A DNA stretch of 64,000 nt from contig BDGG01000002.1 in NCBI GenBank assembly GCA_001949185.1, positions 4,144,448 through 4,208,447 on the forward strand, written 5' to 3'. The position numbers and the translations under genes were made by a program. Below, piece after piece: positions 36,330 through 49,519 of the stretch. The stretch is from Ramazzottius varieornatus (Eukaryota; Animalia; Tardigrada). The notes below the pieces were generated by a model. The model saw nothing but the letters and a program-made list of their open reading frames with translations, had not been told where the DNA came from and made no database searches. The number at the start of each line of letters is the position of its first letter. The stretch's first letter is position 1.

Positions 36330-39250
36330 TATGTTCTATGTCGCTATTTCCTCCTTACCACGGGGATTATACCTGTCGTGACATCCCGATGGTCAAAGTG
36401 TCCCGACAGACCGATAGAAGAGATCTGAGCTCCTTCCTCAGATCCTTCCCATCGGGGACCCTTGCAGGATTCTGGCTTCTTGTTGTAACTCGAGAAATCT
36501 GCTGCTGTGTGGTGCTTGGTCCGCTGAGCAGGAGGTGTCCCTCGGGGAACCCGTCGGTCCAGATCTTGAATGCGCTGATCAGCACTGCCTTCGCTCTGCT
36601 CATCCATAAGTTGTCCCACTGAACTTCGGCCAAGTGTTGCCGGTATTGGTTGAAGTCGCTGTCGTGTTGGCCTTTCGGGATCTTGCTTAGTCGGATGCTT
36701 TCCAGGAAGTCTTTTTGAACTCGCTCCAGTTGTTTCTGATGATTCTGGTTTGTAGGATTCCACACTGAACATGCATACTCAGTAATGGGGCGGACCAAGC
36801 TCTTGTATAACAATTGCCTGGCCGCACCGAGCCGTGGTGGGAAGTATGCGGATAGCGTGGAGTCTTTTCCGACACTTTGCAGTCACTGCGTCAACCTGCG
36901 CTGTCCAGTTCAAGTTTCTGTCTAGCACCACACCCAAACACGTAGACTGGCTTTCAGCAAGAATATTGATACCACTGATAGAGCAGCTACCTTGAGGCAC
37001 AGGAACACTTCCGCTTCTCTTGAATGACAGTCTTAGGTGTTGCGACTTATCCGAATTCAGGCTCAGCCCGGCGATGATGTAATTATCTCCCAGCTGGTCT
37101 AGACATTCTTGGAACGCTTGACAATCTTCGGTCTTGTCGATCACACGGTGGGCCACCAAGTCGTCGGCATACTGGAAGAGTTCGCACTTGACAAATTCAG
37201 AGTTTGTTCACCGCCACAATGAAAACAGCGGACCCAGAACGGAACCTTGCGGAACGCCTGACCGACCCTCGCTGTAGTCACTGTAGTAGCCTCCAACTGT
37301 CACTCTTTGTGTTCTGCCTCGCAGGTAATCAGACAGAAACTGCAACAGGTCGCCGGTGATGCCGTGGTCTTGAAGGCTTCTTACCAGTACTTCGTGGGGG
37401 ACTCGATCGAATGCCTTGGTGCAGTCTAGGAATACTTCGTCCACTAAGTTCTTCTCTGACAAGGCTTGCGACCACTGGTGTACCATATGGAGCAGCTGTG
37501 TCTATTGATCTGTTTGCTATAAAACCAAACTGCCTCGCGGTCAATAGACTATTCTTTTCCAGAAAGCTCAAAATTTGAACAGCTAAAACTTTCTCGAAAA
37601 CTTTAGACAGGAGGCAAAAGAGAAATGGGTCTCCAAGTGGCACCGCCTTTCTTTGGAACTGGCACAACATCGGCGCTTTTCCAAGAGGTGGGATACTGCT
37701 TCTTGCTGAGGATCAGGTTGAATAGTCGGGTGAGTGGATAGACGAGAGCCGAGCCAGCTGCCTTCATGAGAGGATTCGTCAGGAACGACGAGCCTGCTGC
37801 TTTCTTTCCACGCATCATCTTTAGTACACTCCACACTTCCGGTCCAGACACGTTTGAGTTTGGAAACCACTGCTTGCATCTTGTAACAGTGGATGGAATT
37901 TCGTTGATTGGCTGGCGATGCTCATCACACTGGCCGTAATCTTTCAGGAAAACGTCGGCTATGTGTCCAGCTTTATCCCTCGGATGGACCAGATACTTCT
38001 CTTTGCTGCCAGATACAGGAATGGGAGGAAGACTCTCAGACTTTGACGATTGCTTGACATGTCTCCAAAGTACGTTCGGACATCATCTTGACAGTGTGGC
38101 GATGTTTCGGAGTTGTTTTGTCTTTGCTGCTTTCAAGAGCCTCTTGGTTTCTCTCGCACAGTCTACCCAACCTCTGAAGTCTTTTGGAACTTGAGTCCTG
38201 TTCCACTTACGAAAAGCCGCGTCACGTCTCTTAAGGCTGTCAAGAACCCGTGGGGAGAGCTTTTCGATCCAACTTTCTTCAGAGCAAAATGGTTCTGCGC
38301 AATGTCCACCAACCTAGCCTCAAAAGTGACAGTTGCCACATCTGAATTACACTGGCAATCGAAGAACCTCTTCCAATCACAACTAGCTACGTCTTTGCGG
38401 AAATCTTGCTGGTTCCCAGACTCAAATGCACACATTAGTTTCGGTGGAGATGGGAAGCCCACTGTCCACAACCTCACGGAACACTGTAGTCCACAATGAT
38501 CATTGGGAAAGGTCAGCTTGGGAAGTATACTGACTTGACGGGCCAGGCTCAGCTGTGTTACGAAGAGGAGGTCCAAGCACGAAAAAGATTATTTACGCTG
38601 TTTGGTTATCCCCCGCACTTTCTGGAACAGACCGAACTCTTTCGTGATGGAGACTAGCTCCCTTGTACGGGGTTTCTTGGCTGACATGTCTTCCCAGTCG
38701 ATGTCTGCACAGTTGAAGTCACCTACCAGGATCAGGTTCCTTTGAAGATGGGGTGGAATTTTCGCAAGGGAAACACGACGCTTTCCGAACACTTTCATGT
38801 CATAACCTGGAGCATACAGGACACCGACCAGTGCGATCATCGACATCCTCACAACTTTCACCCACATCAGCTCGAGTCCTTCCACTCCATAATCGGCAGC
38901 TCTCAGCGTGTGAAGATCTTTCTTGGCTATGATTGCAAGTCCACCGCCGGATTCCTTGCGACATCCAGCCCGATCTTTCCTGTAGACATTGTACTTCTGT
39001 AAATCAGCAATCAGCCCATCCGTCACCGTGTCGTCTGCCATTGTCTCAACAAATGCCGCGATGTCGACTTTGCCTCTCTCCGTGCAGGCTTTCACTTCTT
39101 CCGTCTTCGACTTTATCCCGTTGAGATTCGCGTAACGGAGTATCAGCCGTTTCCCCAATTTCCCATCGGCCATCGCTAGGTTGTTCGCCATCTCTGTAAG
39201 CAGTGAGAGAAGAGCAGCCACAGGCAAACGCTAACAAATAAACAGTGGTA
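36330..39250 (-). mobile_element. Non-LTR retrotransposon (LINE, CR1/L2-like) with APE endonuclease and reverse transcriptase; frameshifted
   Basis: APE motifs YANLNGIKSK, VET, YRKDR..GGG, ILVGDFN, LDLLFV, NDH. RT motifs WKSADVVPVPKK, WRPISLL, QFGF, FLDCTKAFDRVPH, GVPQGSVLGPL, FQYADD, LGVVLD and LYKSLVRPITEYACSVWNP. Several frameshifts and stops. Confidence 0.95.
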
Positions 39251-40042
39251 CGGTTGATTGGAGCTACTTACGAGATGGTGTAGCTCCGGCTAGCTCGATT
39301 GCCTTCCATAGTTCGCCACACCAGACAGATCCTCGGAAATAGATGGCTTCTACCCCTAAGGACTCTGTCTGGATACTCTGGGGCCACCCAGAAGGGAAAT
39401 TGACGTCCAGATGGAATGGACTTCAAACAAAGGAAATTCAAAATCGCGCCGCGATCATGGTCAGGACAGGCGTAGTCCCTACTCTCCTTGTTGAAGGTTT
39501 TGCAGGATCTTCCAACCATAGAAGCTTACACTTACGGACAGTGTCCGTCGGTTACGGGTTACACTGGTATCATGTACGATTGTACGTCGGGACTTGGGGT
39601 TGTACTGTACTTATGTACTGTATACTGTATAGTGTATAGCAGTGTAAGACTTGGTTGATAAGCAGTAACCCTCTTGATCTGTTGTCCAAGCAGGTCCAAC
39701 CGTCCAAGTGAGCGATTGAGCATTTCTAATTTGCTATCAACGATTGCGAAGTGAGAATCAGTATACAGATTGCGAGCCAAAGCGCACTAGCACAATTCGA
39801 TACGCACATCGTGACATCATAGGAGCAAGTTCGTCTCGTAGGCGCTATGTCAAAAGAGTCGCACAATGTTTACGTATGATGTCACGATGTTCCTGTGCGT
39901 ATCGAATTGTGCTAGTGCGCTTTCGCTCGAAATCTCTCTAGTGCGATAAAATTCCGGAAGCCGGATTTCCGGATCCTGGGACGGGGGTTAATTTCCTTTT
40001 CCTTTAGTGTAATTGATCACCCAGGTTTTAGGACAGAGCACC

Positions 40043-41453
40043 ATGAACGGCTCCAAGAAGCCCGATCCCTTCCAGCAACTGAGCAGTTCCCTCGCTAGCC
40101 TCAACTCGTCAAGTCCGAATCAGCTGCAACACAGCCGGAATGTCGCTCGATCTCCTGCTGCTTCCCGCATTCCTAACATGCCTGACGCAGAGCTCAAGAA
40201 GTTTGTCGAATCAACGGAGAAGATGTTTGCAGACAGGTAAGGTACTGAACATTAGTGCTAAGCTCTGGGCTGGTAGTCGAATGCCCGAACGATAGAAGAT
40301 AGCAGACTTCGTTGTTTACTTTATCGTGTCTCGACGCTGAACCGTCGCAGATAGCTTAAGCTTATTCTACAGGAGCTTGTTGAATGCATTACCAGATTCC
40401 GGTCAAAAACTGCGGGACAACTTGGAGAAAGCTCGGGAGGAACTCCGTAAGCGCGAGTCAACTCCTGCCTTCGCTTCAGCTGACATCAACGAAGAAACAA
40501 CCATAGAGTCATTACCACCCAAGAAAGTCTCACCCAGACTCGAGGAACATGTCGAAACATCTCTGGTAGAGTCCATGCAGTCGATGAAGGTGGCTACTGA
40601 TGGCGGACATATGAATGAGGAAGTCAATGAGGCTCCCGAACCTTCTGATCGGTCTGACCAGGAACACACTCGTTCTTCCCGTTCGCCCAACACAACCACG
40701 AATTATATGGACAAGAAGAGCGTCTTTAGGGATCTCTTACAGCGCATTCCTGACACGACCAAATCCCTTTCTACGCTGTAAGTATTTGATTTTGCTGAGA
40801 AGTGTACAAGACTGATAAATCCACGAATCTCTTGCTGGTCTGATGATAGGCAGCTTCGCGATACTTGGCGCTCAGAGTCTCCGTCAGCTGCATCTCCTCC
40901 GAAAGAGGGACCCAAAGCAGCGAAAGTGCTGACGATCGAGGAAGGGTGTGAGTTGGCGAAACAACATGAACTGGCCCGGAAGGTACATATTTTTCGACGG
41001 GTGTAATTGTTTAGATAGCGCTGAGTGTTGCTGCTGTACGGCAGTAAATGACAGCAGACATCGTCTTCGACGGATGAATGCGTTACCTCTGCGAAGTCCT
41101 CAGCAGCGAATTTCACACATTGTTGTTTCTTACAGGAAGCCCAAGAAAGGCATGCTCAGTACGTACTGACGAATTTTGCGCCGAAAAGCAGCACTGCGTC
41201 TCAACCGAGCGATTCCTTCAGCCGCGCTTACGACTTTTATAAGTAGGAACGAACTTCATCACGCACTCTCGACTACCCAGGATATCCTTAGATACATCTA
41301 TCTGTATCGTACGGTTCACGTTCAAAATTAAGACCAAGCTTTTTCATTTGTAGTCATCGCGAGCCCGATGAAGATTACCTTACCGAGTCGGAAGAGGCGG
41401 ATGCGGAGGAAGATATAGATGAGGAGAGCGAACCGGATGAAAAAGAAGAATGA
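40043..41453 (+). CDS. POLR2M: POLR2M/GRINL1A (Gdown1)-like RNA polymerase II regulator, multi-exon
   Basis: N-terminal ELKKFVESTEKMFADR|SLLNALPDSGQKL (the LPDKG motif family), C-terminal VLTIEEGCELAKQHELARK|EAQ, and an acidic tail ending at TGA 41451-41453. Confidence 0.65.
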
Positions 41454-42194
41454 GAAGAGTTCTGACAATAAAGGAAGTTGCGGTACTTGGAAATTGTTTT
41501 ACAGCGTTTTATGGAAGGCTTTCGCGGATAAACGGTACCTTTCAGTTAGAACGTTCGCTTTTCTTATGAAAGTTGAGACGTGGGAGCCAGCTTTTCGGCA
41601 GCTGGAACGCACCCTAAACCAAAGTTCGACCACCGTTTAACCCATGCGCGATATGGTTAGCTTCTTGGGAATACTCCGAGCCTGTCGCTTTGATTCTTTG
41701 GAGGACTTTGTGAGGTTAATCAGAGTTATAGACGCGTTGTGGTGCGAGTAAATTATCATGCCTGTGGACAAAGTGTTATTCGATGCCCATCAATGATTAC
41801 CCAGACTTCCCAGTACTTCTTGGTTTCCCAAGCGTAGTCAGCCTGCCATTATTATGCACTATCTCGCTCGAGCTCGGAGTCATATCCTGTGGGCGAGCTC
41901 TCAGCATCACTATAGAACGCAAGACACCTTCGAGAAACCCCACACGTTATTCCGATGATGGTCCTTAAAAAGACGTATTGAGCAAATTTAGGAGATGAAC
42001 AGCAAAACGTGAAAATCATAAAGCGCTACAAAACATCAATTCTTTGCAAATTCACATTACGACCTCTCATTTTGAAATTCTGAAAAACGAGCATTAAGCT
42101 CATACAGATCAAGCAGTAAAACTACAAAACTAATCCCGTTTGATATAATAATCTTGTAAAATATAAAAACGTCAAAACAAAGGTTTGGGTATTT

Positions 42195-43879
42195 CTAGGC
42201 CGCCTGTTGCTTGATGGCCGAGTTTATCGCCGACATCGGTAGAGCACCTCCGTCCGCCGCCGAAAGGATCTGTTCGATCAATGTACTGGTCTTTGTCGAG
42301 TCCTCCAACTTCTTAGCATGCAGCATCTTCTCGTAAAGCTGAATGTAGTTCTTGGCCATGTTAGGTACCGAGAAGCGGTCATCGAACGTCTTGCGAACCA
42401 ACCTACGATCCATGGCAGCAGCACGAGGCACCGCGGCTACGGCTTCTTCGATACTCTCCACTAAGATGCCACTGCAGAAGCAAATAACGAAAATTCAGCT
42501 CACCCAATAAACATCAGGTCCATTACTCAAGTCATCGTTGAAACCCTCCAAGGTAAAACAGACTCGTAGCAAGAGCGACGCAAAGCACCGGTGTAATAAC
42601 AGCCACGGCGCGCGAGTTGAACAAAGTAGAGTGCGAACCGCCAACTCGCGCACCCCAATAGTTGGTAAAACGATGTCGTGCGCGACTTCATGGACTAAAG
42701 TAATTAACATTTGGAATTCCGTACCTGATGCCATCGTCGATGACTTCACGAACCGAACCATGAGGATAGGCGATGACAGGAGTACCACAAGACATGGCTT
42801 CGATCATGACGATACCGAAAGGTTCAGGCCAGTCGATCGGGAAGGCGAGAGCGATTGCGTTGCCCAAGAAATCGGACTTTTGTTCCTGGTTAATCTCGCC
42901 AATGAACTCGACCAGTGGGTTCCCGTCGATCATGGGCTTAATCTCCCTGTCGTAGTACTCTTGATCGGCCTTGTCCACCTTTGCAGCAATCCTCAGCTTG
43001 ATGCCAGCCTTCTGGGCGATTTCGATTGCGCGATCGGGTCGCTTTTCTGTAATTAGAAAATTTACTCAACCGGCAATCGGCAATCAAGATGAGTTCAAAG
43101 TCATCTTACCTGGAGAGATTCGGCCCAGAAAAGCCAAGTAGCCACCGTTGAAAGGAGTCAAGCTGAATCTGAGTGGAGGAATGCCGTGGTAGACGGTAGC
43201 GTAGAAGTTGGCGATACCTAGCAGGGGAATCCGCTGGTTGTCTGAGATGGAAACGATCTTCATGTCCTTGTATTCCGCGTACACTAACGGCAGGTCTTCA
43301 ATGTCACATCGTCCGTGGATGGTTGTAATACACTTGGAAGCCAAATGGCGGAACAGGCCGAAAGACAGGAAATCCGTGTGGAAGTGGATGATGTCGAACT
43401 GGAAGAACAAAGGATAACGAAATTAGGTACTTCCGGGTACGGTAGTACAGAACACGAACCGAGCTGACACCATACCAACGTAACCATTCTACACAAAGGA
43501 TTTCGCGTTTCAATTGATTACTTGATCAAAGAAGCTCTTTCATTTTAACGGGAACGGGATAACTGCGAAGCCACTACTTCCGGCTTCACGTCTTTACCTG
43601 GTCTTCCATCTGCAGGACCTTCTCGAACATGAGCATGCTGTAGATGCATTCGATCTTGATAGCAGGATTGAGCCGGATAGCGGTCTTGACGCATGGTATC
43701 AATCGCGCTTCCGTAATGGAATCTCCGCTCGCGAACAACGTCACTTGGTGGCCTTCTTTGACCAGCTCTTCCGTCAGGTAGCTCACAATCCGCTCAGTTC
43801 CTCCGTACAGTTGTGGAGGACAGCTTTCGAACAAGGGTGCAACTTGAGCAATGCGTAGTGATCGAATGCCGGGCTTCAT
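42195..43879 (-). CDS. Bacterial-type GT4 (GT-B, AviGT4-like) glycosyltransferase, 4 exons, about 389 aa
   Basis: RIAQVAPLFESCPPQLYGGTERIVSYLTEELVKEGHQVTLFASGDS, FDIIHFHTD, YLAFLGRISP|EKRPDRAIEIA, AAKVDKADQEYY, FPIDWPEPFGIVMIEAMSCGTPVIA. Exons 43879-43598, 43398-43110, 43046-42725 and 42471-42195 splice in frame (1170 nt). Confidence 0.93.
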
Positions 43880-45863
43880 CGTAGGAAAGGCTTTCTCGGA
43901 GCGAATAAATCATGAAGGAACAAGGATGCAACAATGGAAAAGTAACGAATCTCGAGCAAGATCGGTCAAAAACAAAGTGCTCTTACTTCGACCGAAGTAC
44001 GCATATCACACACAAAAGCTCCTCAATAAAACCGGAATGCACTGTCAGCTCGTAATCACAAGGACGTAACAAGTGGACTGCAGTCTAAGTATCACACACC
44101 CACGTCACAGGACCTCCATTTCTGAAAGGAAGAAGTTTGGAAGTTGGCCTTGATCGCGAAATCATGGACTAAATTTCCTTACTGAGAAGTTGTAGTGTCT
44201 ACAGGCACCTTAAGCACGGATTACCATAACTGATTTAACCGTAACAGCAGGTTGGACTTTCGCGATTGGTCCAGCGAGAGATCCGGTTTACCTCGCGGTT
44301 TGCACTCCATAGAAAAGTGAAGGCCGGCTTCTGGAAAATCGTACTTACCATCGGGGATTCCCCTCGTCCGAACTCAGAAGAAGCCACGTCCTCGCTGCGT
44401 GATCGATAGTCTGTCTCTAATCGTTCATTTGGTTTCTGTGTGCATACGGTCTTTTCACGCTCAGTCCTGACTTACTTATCATTATTGGTGTCTACCCGCG
44501 TGACATTTCCTATGAAACATGCCTTACAAAAACCATGCGGCAGTTACGTAATGGGTGGCGGATCGAGCTACCGGGTGGGTACTTCCTCACCGGCCAAATT
44601 CGACCCCATTTTTGTGCGCGACAACACTGAACTTTCCGAGAGTGCAGCGAATCAGGCGGCCCGTACAAGGTATCTCTCTGCTTGGTTTCTATTGGTAGGG
44701 TAACTCCAATGGTTGGTAGGTGGTAATAGAAAGAAATGTGTGTAAGGTAGCCTGGGCGGACCAAGACTTGCGCGATCAGGCACCTCGGCATGCACCGATC
44801 ATGAGCTCGTTGCATGGCCATGCACGCTCGGGTGGCCGATGAAATGCGGGTGAAGGACAACAGAACCATTAAGCATTTGACGATCGGATCGATCGACGGC
44901 GCCAACTGTCTTTTTGTGCATCTCGAATTCGCCACGATGGATGCCTCGCTCTCTTAGCATCGATGCTCGAAAAGATCATCCATCATCGAGCAGGGAACAG
45001 ACTTGACAGCCCGATTACAGACTCGGCCTTGTGGTTCCGAAGCTCAGAAAGGCCGTCTGCAAAGGTTCCAAAGATCATTGCCGTCTGCAAAGGCTTCGAG
45101 GTTCTTCCGAAGACAAACGTTCCAATTAGCCCAGTCTCATGCCCACAAGTTCTTTGTTTAATTTAGACTGCAAAATCCTGGTTTTTAGCAGGGGCCCCAC
45201 GAAATACTGAAAGACAATAAATAAACCTCTTGATATCATGTTGAAGAAGCTTTCGGAAAATGCAACGTCAGATTAACTTCGATAAATTCTTGATTGATGC
45301 GGAAGATCACATATACGAGATTCTGTATGTATACTGTATTACTGTATATTATTGTTTCGATGACTAGAACTCGTGAAGTTCAAAGTCGAAGCAGAAGGGA
45401 CCCCAGCTGTTGATCAGCCCTCCGGTCCAGTTTATGCGTTACGACAGCTAGTCGCGACGCTCCAAGGCTTCTACGGACACAGTCATCGACTAGCCGTGAA
45501 ATGGGGAACTCCCTCGGAGGCGGAAGTGATCGATCTCAATTTTTATCACATCCTCAGCGCGTTTTCGTCCTTGTGGCGGCTCACGAAGACGATGTTTTGT
45601 TCAAACATTACGCTCGAATGTCGTTGGCTTTCCGGTTAAAAGACAGGAGCAGCGTGCACTTCGGCCAGAAATTTCAAAAAACCCAATAACATTGTATTGC
45701 CATGAAACGGAGTACTCTGACGAAGGCGAAATTCGGAAACCGGGAGTGAATACTGTAATACAGCTAAAAGACGACAAGAAAAGAAACGAAATGCATAAAC
45801 TTCCGGCTTCCCCAGTAAGTAGGAGTGTCTTTTTCTACGTGTCCCTTGTAATTTTCACGATTC

Positions 45864-48557
45864 TCAAAACCGTGCTGTGCGACAAGTCTTCTCGTAGACA
45901 TCAGGGAAAGCCTTGGAACAATCCAGCTTGAGGCGCATTGTGTCGTACAAACTATGGTCAAACATTTCGCGGAACTCTTCTTTTGTCATGTAGCTATCCG
46001 CATACAGCATCTGGAACCTGGAAAGAGGAAATGAAAACAATCATCGACCGTTGACGACCAACACTTAGAAGTTCAGACAGAGGAAAGCCTAACTCACCCA
46101 GCATGTCTCCTGACAAAAGCTTCAATCTTCCTGGTAGTTTCCCGATACTGGAAACCCGGAACTTTGGGTTCTCCGTACGCTCCAATGTCCACGTACATTT
46201 CACCGGGAGCATCACCAGTCTTCTTAGCACGTGCCAAGCCTGGACCTGCCGGTAGCCAGAAGGGACATAGCCAAAGCGGAAAGATGTCGACTTCTTTCTC
46301 GAAACACTCAAGACTCGTTTGGACGTGTTGGAGGGGGACAAGCATGTCTTGAATCATTTGTCGTTGTTCGTACAGCCGACGAACAGTCTCGCCTTGTGTA
46401 AGCTTTAGGAAGGAGACTTTGGGGGGAACAATCCAGCCAAAGATGTAGCGAAACACTGGGTTATTCCCGAATGGTATGATATTCTATAAACCAAAAGGGT
46501 CAGCCTTCCAACCGCCGACATATCGGGTGCGTCAATAGGCCGCTGCACCTCAGGAGAAGAAAGAAATATACCTGAAGCATCCAGAAGATGCTTTTGGTGT
46601 GACGATGGTAGTAGTGGCGAAGTGGGATATACTCATATTCCGTCTTCGAGCTTCTTAGGAAGGACTCCACATGTTTGTAAAACCAGGGCTTCCAGTAATG
46701 TCCGATAGCATTGAACTGAAATACAAGAAAACCTAGATACTGTATGGATTCATGAATCAGAAGTTCAGAACCACGATAGATAGGGAGTTGAGCTCTGGGC
46801 AAGAATAGGACGGTTTCCATACTGACCTTGTCTTTCTCGACGACGTCGGTCATGGTGCCACACATGACGACGGCTTCGGTTCTCGAGAAGACTATCCCTT
46901 CCACGAAATGATTCTCCTCTCGTGCTAGAGACTTCTCTGAGAACACCTTGCAAAGCTCTTCAGTGGAATGAGTAGGGAAGTATTCCAGCTTGACGTATTG
47001 CTTTGCCGGAATAATCTGGATTTCTGCGGCGACCAGGAAGCCAAGAGTCCCATGAGACCATGGAATACATGCGAACAGTTCGGCGTTCTCATCCTATCAA
47101 ACAGAAGATACAGAATAGCTCCAACCACCCCTCACATATACAAAGCAAAATAAAGGTACATTCTTGTGTGATAAAATTTTAGATTTAATGACGCGACCAT
47201 CTTCGTTGAAAATTTTGTCATTAGCAATTTAGCACTGCGGCCAATATATTCACATACGTGTACATTGTCGACTAATCACTTTGCATGGTACCTTCGAACA
47301 GCGAACCAAAGATCCATCTTGCAGAACCAGTTCCACGGCGAGAACGATGTCTTGGAACAGTCCATAAATATGCGACGAGGTCTCAATTCCGACGCCCATA
47401 ATCAGCCCACCTGGAAGCAAGGCCCGCAGGTCAAAAGCAGTCTGAAAACTTTCGCGCATAAGGTTTTATTCCCAGAATGGATTTAAACGAACGTATCACT
47501 ATCTCAGCAATCGGGAAAAATCGAGAAAGACCAGAAAAGACCTGGAAAGACCTTAATTAGCTTAGAAAACGGATTAAACCCGCATTTTCTGCCGGGAAAA
47601 CTCGTTTCGGGGAAATTTCTAGCTCTTTTTCGGAATTGCAGATTTACACTTCCAGCCACTTTTCCTGTAACTTGGTTCGGGTCCTAATTATTTTCAATGG
47701 TATCTCAAGACCTCGACGGAGAACTGGAAAATTAATTCTCGAAAACAGCTCCAAAAACTGCGAAAGTCCTTCGCTCCTTTCCTGACTTAATCTCGATCTC
47801 CATTCCGTGAGCAGTTTTCTGGCCCATAATTTTGGGAAGAAAAATGTCTGCTGAACCAGGGAAAATTCACTTCGAAGTCGAGAAATGATCGCGTCGAGAA
47901 AGCCATGATTTTATGAGTGGTAGCAAGTTGGCTGGGACAGGCTGGATTATCCCGCGCTGCAAAAAAAACTACCGACTAACTAACCGATTGTCAGGTCATC
48001 CAGTTCGGGAACAACGGGAAGAGTGTATCCGAGCGGGTTGAGGGTTGCAGTTATCTGACCCATGGTCACAAGAGGTTCAACTCGGACGACCCTTCTTTCC
48101 GTATCCACATCGAGAATGTCCATTAGGTTGATCTTGATAGCGTTTAAAGTTTGCTTGTAAAGCGGCGTTCTGAAACTGATGGTCAGCCAACCTGGACGCG
48201 CTGTACACATCCGCTTTTGCCGACCTCCTGCGATCCATGCTTTAACCTTAACAAATACCAAGGTTGGTCAGCATAGCATATAAGGAGCGACCGGAAGTAG
48301 CCGGCTTCGTCAAGAACAGACCCTCTAACCTGATCTTGTATCTTTCTGACACGAAGATTGTGCTGCTTCGGTGCACTTCGAAGCCAAAAGATGATCCTGT
48401 TTCGCACGTAGAAGACCAGGTCGTACAGGGAAGACGCCGGGAGTAGGAACAGACATACGAATATCCAGCGATAGTGTATGATCACGTGCTCTAATCCCTT
48501 CAGCTTGATCAACGCGAGAATCGCCAGACCGGTGATCGAGCAAGCTTCGAGTAACAT
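45864..48557 (-). CDS. DHCR24: Delta(24)-sterol reductase (FAD-dependent), multi-exon
   Basis: [47 protein letters not shown]|[57 protein letters not shown]; stop at 45864-45866. Confidence 0.97.
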
Positions 48558-49253
48558 GGTGCTACTTCCCGAGATGGATTATCCTTCTGGCCTGAGCAAA
48601 GGAGCAGAGCGAAGGTGGGAAAGTTCCGGCAGAATAAACAGTTACGGCGAACCTCCCCGCATTCAATCTTATCTACGGAAATGATAAGATTACATCCCGC
48701 AGCACATGGATATACAGTCGTATAGACAATAGCGGGAAGTTCTTACCTGTCTATGCAGCCCTGGTGCAGATGGACGTTGCCCCGTAAGGTCCGTCCGATG
48801 GTTATCGGAGATATCACGCCACCGGAAGTAGAAATTTACATACTAAACCAGATCCCCGGAAAGTGTTCCACTGAGAACTTTCTTGATCGGCAGCCTGATG
48901 TGTGTCAGCAGTGCCAAGAAGAGTCGATGAACTTCGGCGGTGGGAGTTTTCTGCAACGAAATGCGCATGAATTCAACAATCCAGCATGATGGAAGTAGCA
49001 GCAAACAACCTGTTTTTGCCACTCACGAGGAACCATTCAGACCATGTTAGTCGCCGATCACGATATCAATGCTTTCACAAGATAGCTGAGACTCTTCGCT
49101 CTCTACGAAGTATGGGGAAGAATGGCAGATGACCACTTCCAGGCTCTGCAGAAAATTGAGGAGTACCGTTTATTAATCCAAAATACAAGGAAACACAATA
49201 AACTGGTTCCCAAAAAAATGAATTTCCGACTCCTAAGTATTCAAACCGAAAAC

Positions 49254-49326
49254 TGACATGACATCACATGACAGGTATGTTATGTCATAACATAACATAA
49301 CATACCTGTCATGTGATGTCATGTCA
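49254..49326. repeat. Perfect 32-bp-stem hairpin built from pentamers (TGACA/TAACA)
   Basis: tgacatgacatcacatgacaggtatgttatgt, 9-nt loop, acataacatacctgtcatgtgatgtcatgtca. Confidence 0.9.
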
Positions 49327-49519
49327 TGCATAACATGTCATCACTAGAAATTCGAATAAATTTTGTGAGCCAACGGTCAGATTAATTTTCCGTTTCCGGA
49401 CTTCCGGTCTGATAGACGCATCTTCTGTAATCTTCCCTACACCACAGCAATGCCTGTAAATCCACGAAGCATCCTGGATTTGTTGCAAGATAGACTGCAA
49501 GACTTTACGACGATATCTG

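Noticed and set aside
42195-43879. Bacterial contamination as the explanation for the GT4 gene
   Set aside because: Three in-frame GT-AG introns, no operon neighbours, and gap-free continuity with animal genes on both sides.
44440-45170. Coding-like GC-richer segment upstream of the GT4 gene, possibly a second transferred gene
   Set aside because: All frames contain stops and no domain is recognisable, so it cannot be supported.
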